A DNA stretch of 64,000 bases, taken from positions 23,558 through 87,557 of the forward strand of contig CAZHCG010000002.1 of assembly GCA_964530995.1 (NCBI GenBank), in the 5' to 3' direction. Below the pieces are notes generated by a model. The model saw nothing but the letters and a program-made list of their open reading frames with translations. It had not been told where the DNA came from and did not search any database. Position 1 is the stretch's first letter; every line of letters begins with the position of its first letter. Position numbers and translations under genes: made by a program. This document shows, one piece after another, positions 34,601 through 41,609 of this stretch. Source of the DNA: an uncultured Myxococcales bacterium. Lineage in GTDB: Bacteria; Myxococcota_A; Polyangia; JAAYKL01.

Positions 34601-35804
34601 GTACGTCTTCGGAATCGAGGGCGCTGTGCAGATGTTCCAGCCCGGCGACGAGAACGTGATCGGCGGGCTCACGATCCACGGGCAGACGGACACGGTCCAG
34701 TCCGCTCTGCCCGCCCCCTACCAGGACTTCGGCTCGGTGATCTACTGCGACGGCTGCGCCGTCGCGATCGAGGACTGCGAGATCCGCGAGTCCCAGGTGG
34801 CGCGCCGCGAGATCGCCGGCGACGGCTCGGACCGCTCGGCCGCGATCCTGGTCAGGGATTCCTTGAGCTACCCGGTGCGCGTGGAGCGCAACCGAATCCA
34901 CCTGGGATACACCAAGCGGGCCCGCGGGGTGTCGCTGCGCAACCTGGGCGACATGATCGTGCGCGAGAACGACTTCTTCGCCGACGACGCCAGCGACGAT
35001 CCCTACCTGGAGAGGTACGCCTTCGTTCACCTCGACTTCGAGGACTACGGCGACGAGCGGATGATCGTCGACGGCAACATCTTCGCTCTGAGCGGCAACG
35101 CGGGGCAGAACTGCCGGGCGATCCACAGCGAGGAGGCCTCCGACTACCACCTGTTCGGCGAGATGTTCGTGAGCAACAACCTGTTCGTCGCAGAGGGCTC
35201 GTGCGAGACCCACGCGCCGGTCTACCTGGCCACCAAGGAGCTGAACGACTCCCAGTTGCATCCCCACACCCTGCTGCTGGGCAACACGTTCGTCGGGCAG
35301 GGGCACTCCACCGCGATCCGGCTCTCCGAGAGCCACCACGGCAGCGCGGACATCGCGGTGGTCGGCAACTACATCGAGGGCTTCGAGCACGGGATGTACG
35401 CCGACTACTATCGCCCCTACCTGGGCAACAACGCCTTTTTCGACGTGGATCACTGCGTCTACACATACACGGGCATCGACTGCGAGCCGCCCGACTGCGA
35501 CGGCTGCATCGCCGCCGAGTTCGCCGACGTGGACGACGGCCTGTGGGCCTCGCAGGACAACTGGTACGCGAGCTGCGAGTTCGTCGATCCTTCCGTCTAC
35601 GACTACACGCCGGCGGCCGGCTCCTTCTGCGCGGACTCGGGCCACATGCTGGAGATCCCGATCGAGTTCCCGCAGACGCCGAGCTGGATGGAGCACGACC
35701 TGCTCGGCGCGGATCGACCGGTCGATATCGACGGCGCGGACTGCCCGGACGGCGGGACGTGCGACGGCTCCGACATCGGGGCCTTCGAGCGCCAGGGCGA
35801 TTGA
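31650..35804 (+). CDS. Giant surface lipoprotein: ~9 tandem PKD/Ig-like repeats followed by Cys-rich and right-handed beta-helix regions
   Basis: Lipobox LLAACGE. Repeated ~90-aa units with ADAGxDQ...V-LDGSGSxDPDGDxLxYxWxQxSG. Then CxxC-rich modules and beta-helix-like repeats (NNLFVAEG, GNTFVGQG, GNYIEGF). Confidence 0.75.
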   Translation: MRWFVSRAMLCWLAAGMLLAACGEKDEEVEDGEQNQRPLAVADGPTQVSIGGAVTLDGSGSSDPDGDEIAYLWQQVFGPAVDGSSPLEETLSFNAPLEEATLGFQLVVNDGLEESLPAYVEFDVVDDNASPVADAGEDQATPGGETVTLSGSGSDSDGDALSYEWAQVSGDYVELDGSDSAECSFVAPESNTVLAFELSVSDGLHTSEPDLVLVTVLWSGAPYADAGPDQVVEPGQSVVLDGSGVDPDGAPLDYSWSQLSGETVSLSAGDIPDPTFTAPQTGGELVFELIVSNEVHSSDPDQVTIAVDRRPIADAGELQIVASGEVVQLDGSGSLDPDGDSLSYEWSQIAGSPVALDDPFAAQPSFTAPDEDVSLVFQLVVADSYSESYADAVAIQVQHNRPPEADAGSNVGTLNGQTAILEGSASDPDGDSIIEYQWEVIGTPPGGDDYQLSGQSSPTAHFTPFAKGEYTLSLAAADAEGFGAPDLVTVDSENNPPTAEAGEDVTLVNTQTAVLAGSGGDYDGDDLAYQWSVTGSPQDAAWDLIDGDTDHPRLTPHTKGSYTVQLIVDDGEDASAPDTLTLTATNNPPEVDAGDDFSVAELAPAQLAPAVTDPDGETLDYWWEIVSTDPEGSSGSFSDASAEAPELSADSLGRYTLRLTVTDGDLASDWDEVSVDFYTLPGEEEHVFVAVEGDDAGGSCGSKAAPCATLGTAVQLADAEGKDVIVSAGEYQLVDRSLELPPGLRLLGGYDPDSWERDVDQFETVVRPGGRVEESGALIGDGLDNDCDALVDEPECIVEEEVCNNRDDDCDGVVDDVLAGECGDELEPNDASGDAAAIDFGVAYEGLEIVDSDTADWFSFELAELPSSGEGWELEIQLACSEYCPTDAAEQIGLEVYLDGTDPADLFYSDETVYSGGTHYPIEIDVPAAEAQTGTYYLAVSAPAYGGYYGNSAGYDLVAALREAGHDPQAGGLYDRARPECRDSYVFGIEGAVQMFQPGDENVIGGLTIHGQTDTVQSALPAPYQDFGSVIYCDGCAVAIEDCEIRESQVARREIAGDGSDRSAAILVRDSLSYPVRVERNRIHLGYTKRARGVSLRNLGDMIVRENDFFADDASDDPYLERYAFVHLDFEDYGDERMIVDGNIFALSGNAGQNCRAIHSEEASDYHLFGEMFVSNNLFVAEGSCETHAPVYLATKELNDSQLHPHTLLLGNTFVGQGHSTAIRLSESHHGSADIAVVGNYIEGFEHGMYADYYRPYLGNNAFFDVDHCVYTYTGIDCEPPDCDGCIAAEFADVDDGLWASQDNWYASCEFVDPSVYDYTPAAGSFCADSGHMLEIPIEFPQTPSWMEHDLLGADRPVDIDGADCPDGGTCDGSDIGAFERQGD
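31770..33480 (+). repeat. Tandem ~270-bp coding repeats (PKD-like domains) within the giant lipoprotein gene
   Basis: A recurrent nucleotide/peptide unit (gacgccggcgag...ctcgacggctcgggcagc...ccggacggcgac...tac.agtgg) occurs about 9 times. Confidence 0.5.
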
Positions 35805-35815
35805 GGAGGCGAGGA

Positions 35816-35986
35816 TGACGCTCGCGAGGAGAGTTCTCTCGGCCGCGGCGCTGGCGGCCGCGCTGGCCGCCGGTTGCGGCGGGGCCGCGCCCGCGCCCTC
35901 GGAGCCCGGGATTCCCGAGCCGCCCGACGTGGATATCCCCGATCCGGCGGCGGACCCGGAGCAGGGCGACGCCGGCGCGGGCTAGG
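35816..35986 (+). CDS. Small lipoprotein (56 aa)
   Basis: ATG 12 nt after the upstream stop. MTLARRVLSAAALAAALAAGCGG lipobox, then a Pro/Asp-rich tail. Below the ORF-track length cut-off. Confidence 0.3.
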
Positions 35987-35992
35987 GATCTC

Positions 35993-37075
35993 TCAACGCA
36001 GCTCGCCCAGCACGTGCGCGGCGATCTCGTCGTGGGGGCGCGGCGATCGGTTCAGCACGGTCCAGCCCCGGGCGGCCGAGACCCAGCGCGCCGAGAAGGT
36101 GCTGCGCAGCGGGGTGGCGGAAGCCGAGAGGCCGCGCCGCCGCTCGCCGAACCCGAGCGGGACCAGGCAGGGGTAGGGATAGCGGATCCGGGGCGGCTCG
36201 TCCCAGTAGGCGGGTCGCGTCCCGAGCTCGCGCCCGGCCCAGCTCGCCAGCGCTCGCGGCAGAAAGGCCAGCGCGGCCAGCGCGGTCTTGAAGAAGACGT
36301 CGGGCAGGACCAGCACCGGAGCCCCGCGCAGGCGACCGAGGCCGACGTGCTTGCAAGGCTGCAGGTCGAGCTTCCAAAACAGCGTCTCGAACCCGGGCAG
36401 CGCACCACCGGTCAGCCTCTTGATCTCGTCGTAGCGCCCGGGTCGTCCGTCCGAGACCACGATCCCCAGGTCGGTCCCGCCCTCGGGGAAGGACAGCTCG
36501 CCGATCGCGCCGAGCGGCTCCACGCTCAGCTCGACCTCGTGGTAGGAGCCGAGCAGCCCGCGCAGCCAGGACTCGACCGCCTCGAAGAAGGGACGACCCT
36601 CGAAGATCGCCACGCGGATCCGCGGCCTGCGCAGCGCACGCACGCTCTCGACGCCGAACAGGGCCAGCTGCGAGACGTCGCGGTGGGAGATCACCGCGCC
36701 GGCCGGCACCACCTCGTCCCCGGCGGCGTACTCGGAGCCGCTGCGGACCACGTGCTGGGTCGAGGCGTCGCTTCGCGGATCGTCTCCGTCCAGCGCCTCG
36801 ACGGGAATCACCGCCTCGGCCCCGGCCGGAATCGGCTCGCCGGTGCGCACCGGGCTGCCCTGCTCGGGCGTCTCGCCCGGGCGGAGCGCGACGCCGTCCA
36901 TCATCGACAGGTCGCTCGCCGGAAACGGGCGCAAGGCGCGCACATCCTCGGCGGCGACGCGCCCCACCGCCTCGCGCAGCGGCACCTCCTCGACCGGCAC
37001 GCTCGCGGGCAGGCCGTCCAGCAGCAGCTCCAGCGCCCGCTCGTGGCTCGGCTTGTAGAGAAAGCCGCCCGAGCC
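35993..37075 (-). CDS. moeA: MoeA-like molybdopterin molybdenumtransferase (divergent; start uncertain, probably non-ATG)
   Basis: The C-terminal ~365 aa of the 889-aa ORF match MoeA (ALELLLDGLPASVPVEEVPLREAVGRVAAEDVRALRPFPASDLSMMDGVALR; later PVLVLPDVFFKTALAALAFL). The upstream part of that ORF is off-frame junk. Confidence 0.55.
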   Translation of the reverse strand, partial: GSGGFLYKPSHERALELLLDGLPASVPVEEVPLREAVGRVAAEDVRALRPFPASDLSMMDGVALRPGETPEQGSPVRTGEPIPAGAEAVIPVEALDGDDPRSDASTQHVVRSGSEYAAGDEVVPAGAVISHRDVSQLALFGVESVRALRRPRIRVAIFEGRPFFEAVESWLRGLLGSYHEVELSVEPLGAIGELSFPEGGTDLGIVVSDGRPGRYDEIKRLTGGALPGFETLFWKLDLQPCKHVGLGRLRGAPVLVLPDVFFKTALAALAFLPRALASWAGRELGTRPAYWDEPPRIRYPYPCLVPLGFGERRRGLSASATPLRSTFSARWVSAARGWTVLNRSPRPHDEIAAHVLGELR

Positions 37076-37161
37076 GGAGTCGTGTTTGACAGCACCCACG
37101 GGGAGAAAATACACCACTTTCCGCCGCCGGCGAAAGAGGCGGGCGGCGGGGAGCAGGGAGG

Positions 37162-37266
37162 CTGAGCGGCATCGACCCGATCCTGCCGGAGCTGATCGAA
37201 GCGCTGGAGCGCGCCGCGGTGCTGGTCGCCCCTTTCGGATCGGGCAAGACCACCGGCGTGCCGCCC
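37162..37266 (+). pseudogene. 5' remnant of an HrpB-like DEAH-box helicase gene (~35 codons including the Walker A motif)
   Basis: LSGIDPILPELIEALERAAVLVAPFGSGKTTGVPP matches the HrpB N-terminus (LPELL.AL......LL.APTGAGKST). The frame then diverges into non-helicase sequence overlapping ftsY. Confidence 0.4.
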
Positions 37267-37480
37267 GTCCCACGGCCCGAACCAGACCGCGCCGCGAGCG
37301 GAAGAAGCGCTGAGGCGGTTTGCCGGTCGCTGGGAGACCATCTGTATATTGGTGGTGGATTCCGGGATCGCGAGGGCTTGACTTTTGGCTTACAGGGAGG
37401 CTTAAATAGCGCCCGTATTCCGACGGACACACAACTGAAAAGCGTTGCGGATTCAACGCTTTATCATTTGGAGGCCGCAG

Positions 37481-38776
37481 ATGAGCACGCCCGTTGTCAT
37501 CGGCATCGTCGCCGCCATCGCAGTCGTCGTCATCATCGTGGTGGCCGTCTCGCGGCGCAAGAAGCCCGAGAAAGAAGAGCGGCTCGAGCAGCCGGCCGCC
37601 GAACGAGCGCTGGCCGTCGAGGAGAAAGCCGAGCCGGCCGAGCCCGCCGCCGAGGAGCCGGAGCCGAAGGCGGAGGAACCGGCCGAGCCCGCGGCCGAAG
37701 AACCGCTCGAGCCCGCCGCCGAGGAGCCGGAGCCGAAGGCGGAGGAACCGGCCGAGGCGGAGGAAGAGGCCGCGCCCGGCGTGAGGCTCGAGGAGGAGGA
37801 GGAGGAGCGGGCCGCCGCAGCGGAGCTCAAGGCCGCCAAGAGGGAACGGAAGCTGCGCAAGCTGCGGCAGGGTCTGGCGCCGACCAGGGGAGGTCTGATC
37901 GCCAAGATCGGTTCGCTGATCAAGGGTAAAAAGGAGATCGATCCGGAGCTGCTCGGCGACCTGGAAGACACCTTGCTGACCGCGGACGTGGGAACCAAGA
38001 CCACCGAGTGGCTGGTCGGCATGCTGCGCGAGGCTCTCGACAAGGACGAGCTCTCCGACGAGGAAGCGGTCTGGGGACTGCTCGAGCAGGAAGTGACCAA
38101 GGCGCTCTCGCTGGAGACCCCCGAGTGGGAGATCGACGCCGACAAGCCATTTTGCGTGATGGTCGTGGGTGTCAACGGAGTGGGCAAGACCACCACGATC
38201 GGCAAGCTCTGCTCCAAGCTCACGGAGCAAAACCGCGAGATCGTGCTCGCCGCGGCCGACACCTTCCGCGCCGCCGCGGTCAACCAGCTCGAGATCTGGG
38301 GCAGGCGCACCGGGTGCGAGGTGGTCAAGTCCAAGGAGGGTGCCGATCCCTCCTCGGTGGTCTTCGACGCGATCAAGCGCGCCGAGGAGAGCGGCGCCGG
38401 CCTGGTGATGGCGGACACGGCCGGGAGGCTGCACACCAAGACGCCGCTGATGGAAGAGCTGAAGAAAGTCAAGCGCGTGATGGGCAAGGCGCACGAGGGT
38501 GCTCCTCACAGGGTGATGCTCGTGCTGGATGCGACCACCGGCCAGAACGCCCTGCAACAGGTCGCGGAGTTCAACCAGGCCCTGGGCGTCACCGACCTGG
38601 TGTTGACCAAGCTCGACGGGACGGCCAAGGGGGGAGTCATCATCGGCGTCTGCCACGAGCACGGCATTCCGGTGCGCTACATCGGCATCGGCGAGGCGAA
38701 GGACGATCTGCGCAGCTTCGCCGTCGAGGATTTCGTCGAGGCGCTGTTCCTGCGCGAAGACGAGCAGGAAGGCTGA
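37481..38776 (+). CDS. ftsY: Signal recognition particle receptor FtsY
   Basis: N-terminal TM anchor, an acidic EPAEPAAEEPEPKAEEPAE-repeat A-domain, then the NG domain (VGVNGVGKTTTIGKL, DTAGRLH, TKLDGTAKGG). Confidence 0.9.
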   Translation: MSTPVVIGIVAAIAVVVIIVVAVSRRKKPEKEERLEQPAAERALAVEEKAEPAEPAAEEPEPKAEEPAEPAAEEPLEPAAEEPEPKAEEPAEAEEEAAPGVRLEEEEEERAAAAELKAAKRERKLRKLRQGLAPTRGGLIAKIGSLIKGKKEIDPELLGDLEDTLLTADVGTKTTEWLVGMLREALDKDELSDEEAVWGLLEQEVTKALSLETPEWEIDADKPFCVMVVGVNGVGKTTTIGKLCSKLTEQNREIVLAAADTFRAAAVNQLEIWGRRTGCEVVKSKEGADPSSVVFDAIKRAEESGAGLVMADTAGRLHTKTPLMEELKKVKRVMGKAHEGAPHRVMLVLDATTGQNALQQVAEFNQALGVTDLVLTKLDGTAKGGVIIGVCHEHGIPVRYIGIGEAKDDLRSFAVEDFVEALFLREDEQEG

Positions 38777-38850
38777 AGCGCCGGGTTCGGGGGGCGCGGC
38801 GAGCGCGGATGCGAAGAGATTGAGAGCGGGTCAAATAGTAAAAATAAAAA

Positions 38851-38880
38851 TTGATTGCGAAACTGGCTGTATGCTATAGT
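38851..38880 (+). promoter_or_regulatory. Putative sigma70 promoter (TTGATT - 18 nt - TATAGT) in a ~130-bp AT-rich intergenic island
   Basis: Region 38826-38950 is roughly 25-30% GC in a 70% GC genome. Consensus-like hexamers sit ~95 nt upstream of the OMP gene at 38976. Confidence 0.4.
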
Positions 38881-38975
38881 GAGCGACCAATGAAGCTCTT
38901 GCAAATTAATTCAATTATTATCAATACTTACGCAGCACGGCATACGTCACGAAGCGATCGCGAGAGGAACAACCG

Positions 38976-40004
38976 ATGAAAAGAGCACGCGTCGAGCTGG
39001 CGGTGATGTTGGCTTGTCTATTCCTCGTGCCTTCCGCGGCCTTCGCCCAGGACGATATGATGTCGTTCACGGAGGAGGAGACCGCGGAAGACGAGGCCGC
39101 ATCCCCCGCGGGCGAGGAGGGTGAAGCCGACATGGCCTTCGGCGAGGAAGAGGCCTCGGAAGAAGAGGAAGGTCTCTTCGAGGAAGAGGGCGAGGAAGGT
39201 GCCGGGGAAGCAGAGGGCGGCGTCACCGATGCCGACATCATGAGCGCGCTGGGCGAGGAAGGCGCGGGAGCGGGCGCCGCTGCTCCGGCCGAGGGCGAGG
39301 GTCCCCAGGAAGGCGACAAGGAGTGGGACCGCCACCCGATCTGGGCCGTCCAGCAGGTGTACGCCCTGCGCGCCGGCCGCGTCGACGTGCAGCCGTCGTT
39401 CGGCATCTCGATGAACGACCCGTTCGTACAGCACCAGTCGATCAACCTGGGCGCGTCCTACTACATCACCGAGGTGCTGGCCGCCGGGCTGAGCTTCAAT
39501 TTCTATCGCTGGCTCGACGCCCCCACCGACCTCAACTTCTCGGTCAGCCGCGCCACGCACCAGACGGTTCCGATCAACGAGTACTTCTGGGGCGGGCAGC
39601 TGAACTTCTCCTACGTCCCGATCTACGGGAAGTTCGCGATGTTCAAGGAGTGGATCGTCCACTGGGACGTGTGGGTGATCGGCGGCGGCGGCTTCATCTT
39701 CACGCGGCCGATCCCGGTGATCGACCCCGAGTACCGGGAGTTCGATTACTCGGCGAAGTTCTCTTTCAACGTGGGTCTGGGCGGACGCCTCTACCTGACG
39801 CGTTTCCTCGCGATCTACCTCGAGCTGCGCGACTACATCTTCCCCGAGGAGCTCGAGAGCCTCGAGACCTCTTTCGACGAGGAAGAACGAGGAGACAAGA
39901 AGAATTGGCTGGACGAGGACTACAAGCTGACCAACAACGTGATGCTGCACGTCGGCGTCAGCCTGTTCGTGCCCTTTATATTCGAGTACGAGCTGCCGAA
40001 GTAG
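38976..40004 (+). CDS. Outer-membrane beta-barrel protein with a polyacidic N-terminal segment
   Basis: Signal peptide (LFLVPSAAFA), a ~100-aa E/D/G-rich region, then amphipathic beta-strands, ending ...FIFEYELPK. Confidence 0.65.
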   Translation: MKRARVELAVMLACLFLVPSAAFAQDDMMSFTEEETAEDEAASPAGEEGEADMAFGEEEASEEEEGLFEEEGEEGAGEAEGGVTDADIMSALGEEGAGAGAAAPAEGEGPQEGDKEWDRHPIWAVQQVYALRAGRVDVQPSFGISMNDPFVQHQSINLGASYYITEVLAAGLSFNFYRWLDAPTDLNFSVSRATHQTVPINEYFWGGQLNFSYVPIYGKFAMFKEWIVHWDVWVIGGGGFIFTRPIPVIDPEYREFDYSAKFSFNVGLGGRLYLTRFLAIYLELRDYIFPEELESLETSFDEEERGDKKNWLDEDYKLTNNVMLHVGVSLFVPFIFEYELPK

Positions 40005-40017
40005 GAAGGGGACACGA

Positions 40018-40989
40018 ATGCTTGACGGACGAAAGGGGCTAGGAACCATGAAGCGACTCATCCTGGCGTTGGCCTTCGCAGTGGTCGCGGTCTGCGGGAC
40101 GACCAAGACGGCCTCGGCGCAGGAGATCCTGCTCGAGGGTCCGCTAGCAGGCGCGCCGGCCGTGCGCAAGCTCGTCCAGCACCGCGAGATGCGTTTCTCG
40201 GCCGGGCCGCAGTTCGGATACACGATTCTGAACGACTACATGCACAACTTCCTGCTCGGCGCCCGGCTCGAGTTCAACGTCTTCGACTGGCTGGGCATCG
40301 GTGCCATCGCCTACTACGCGTTGAACGCGCCGACCAAGTTGACTCAGCACATCTCCAACTCCGAGGATATCGGAGGAAGCTCGACGCAACCGTCCGAGTC
40401 CAACTGGCCGAGCTACACCGGCGCCAACAATTTCGAGAACCAGGTGGGGCTGATGAAGGGCATGTACCTCGCTCAGCTCTCGGCGGTTCCCCTGCGCGGC
40501 AAGCTGGCCGTCTTCGAGAAGCTGTTCGTCGCGGTCGACGGTTACCTGTTCCTCGGCGGCGGCGTGGTCCACTACGAGCAACGCGAGACCTGCAACGGAA
40601 ACGACCCGTCGTCCAGCAACTACTGCGGCGATTGGAACGACTCCGACGCCTGGGATCCGCAACGCGAGTCCAAGGTCTGGGGTACCTTCACGGCGGGGAT
40701 CGGTTTCATGGTCTATTTCAACGACTGGTTCGCGGTCAACCTCGAGTACCGCCTGGCACCGTTCAAGTGGAACGCGGGCGGCACCGACGAGGCCGGTCAG
40801 GCCGGCACCCAGTGGGAGCTCGGCGAGGGCGAGGACGACGAGGTGCAGTGGCAGGCCACATCCAAGGGCGGCGACGGCGACTATCCCGACGGCAACATCG
40901 ACGACCAGGACATGACCTGGAACTCCAATCAGAGCATCGGTCTCGGGTTCATCTTCCACTTCCCCTTCGAGCCGACGATCGCCGAGTAA
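40018..40989 (+). CDS. Outer-membrane beta-barrel protein (paralogous neighbour)
   Basis: Signal peptide (MKRLILALAFAVVAVCGTTKTASA), alternating beta-strands, C-terminal GFIFHFPFEPTIAE. Confidence 0.6.
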   Translation: MLDGRKGLGTMKRLILALAFAVVAVCGTTKTASAQEILLEGPLAGAPAVRKLVQHREMRFSAGPQFGYTILNDYMHNFLLGARLEFNVFDWLGIGAIAYYALNAPTKLTQHISNSEDIGGSSTQPSESNWPSYTGANNFENQVGLMKGMYLAQLSAVPLRGKLAVFEKLFVAVDGYLFLGGGVVHYEQRETCNGNDPSSSNYCGDWNDSDAWDPQRESKVWGTFTAGIGFMVYFNDWFAVNLEYRLAPFKWNAGGTDEAGQAGTQWELGEGEDDEVQWQATSKGGDGDYPDGNIDDQDMTWNSNQSIGLGFIFHFPFEPTIAE

Positions 40990-41040
40990 GGGCGGCTCTC
41001 TTTTCGTGAAAAGCCAGAGCCTGCGGACCGGGCGGAGGTC

Positions 41041-41544
41041 TCACTCCTTCCGGATTCCCTCTTCGTAGTAAGTCTTCAGCTCCGAGCCCGTGACCTGGCA
41101 CTCCCGTTTGAACAGCCTGGCGATCGCGTCGTGATCGCGCTGCACGTCGCGACCCAGGGCATCCTTGACCAGGTGCCCCTCGCTTTCCAGCAGCTCGTCG
41201 AGCCGACAGCGAATCCCGTCGATCAGCTCGCGCTGCTCGTTGTAGACCTCGAAATCCTCGTAGCGCGGGGAAGCCTTGATGATGCGGAGCTGGGTCTCGA
41301 TCGCCAGCTTCCAGGCCGTAACCGAGAACTCGAGCCTGCGCATCGCGAACGAGCCGTGATCTCCGCTCTCGGCCTCCTCGACGGCCGCCCGACGCCGCTC
41401 GACCAGCTCGTTGACGCGAGCCACGTCGCCGGCCATCAGCTGTTCCTCGTCGAGGCTCGCCTTGACCTCGGGACAGGTCGGTCCGCACCCGGCCGCAACG
41501 AGAACCGATAGCGCGACGACCATTGCTGCTACGCGTTCTGTCAT
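41041..41544 (-). CDS. Hypothetical lipoprotein
   Basis: 167 aa. Signal plus lipobox VAAGCG. Helical, no recognised domain. Confidence 0.5.
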   Translation of the reverse strand: MTERVAAMVVALSVLVAAGCGPTCPEVKASLDEEQLMAGDVARVNELVERRRAAVEEAESGDHGSFAMRRLEFSVTAWKLAIETQLRIIKASPRYEDFEVYNEQRELIDGIRCRLDELLESEGHLVKDALGRDVQRDHDAIARLFKRECQVTGSELKTYYEEGIRKE

Positions 41545-41592
41545 TTTTCGTCTTGGCTCCTCGAACGGCGTTGTCTGGTTGGTTGTAAAATT

Positions 41593-41604
41593 CTAGTATA
41601 CTAG
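41593..41604 (+). promoter_or_regulatory. Perfect 12-bp palindrome CTAGTATACTAG immediately upstream of the response-regulator/J-domain gene
   Basis: Lies 6 nt before the ATG at 41610, within an AT-rich patch (ttgtaaaattctagtatactag). Confidence 0.35.
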
Positions 41605-41609
41605 TCGCG

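Noticed and set aside
31605-35818. ORFs 31605..35696 (-) 1363 aa and 32141..35818 (+) 1225 aa
   Set aside because: Off-frame or antisense to the PKD-repeat lipoprotein gene. Translations are Arg/Gly-rich with no domain structure.
35982-38662. ORFs 35993..38662 (-) 889 aa and 35982..37430 (-) 482 aa
   Set aside because: Only the 3' ~1.1 kb (MoeA-like) is coding. The remainder runs antisense through ftsY and the hrpB stub with no domain content.
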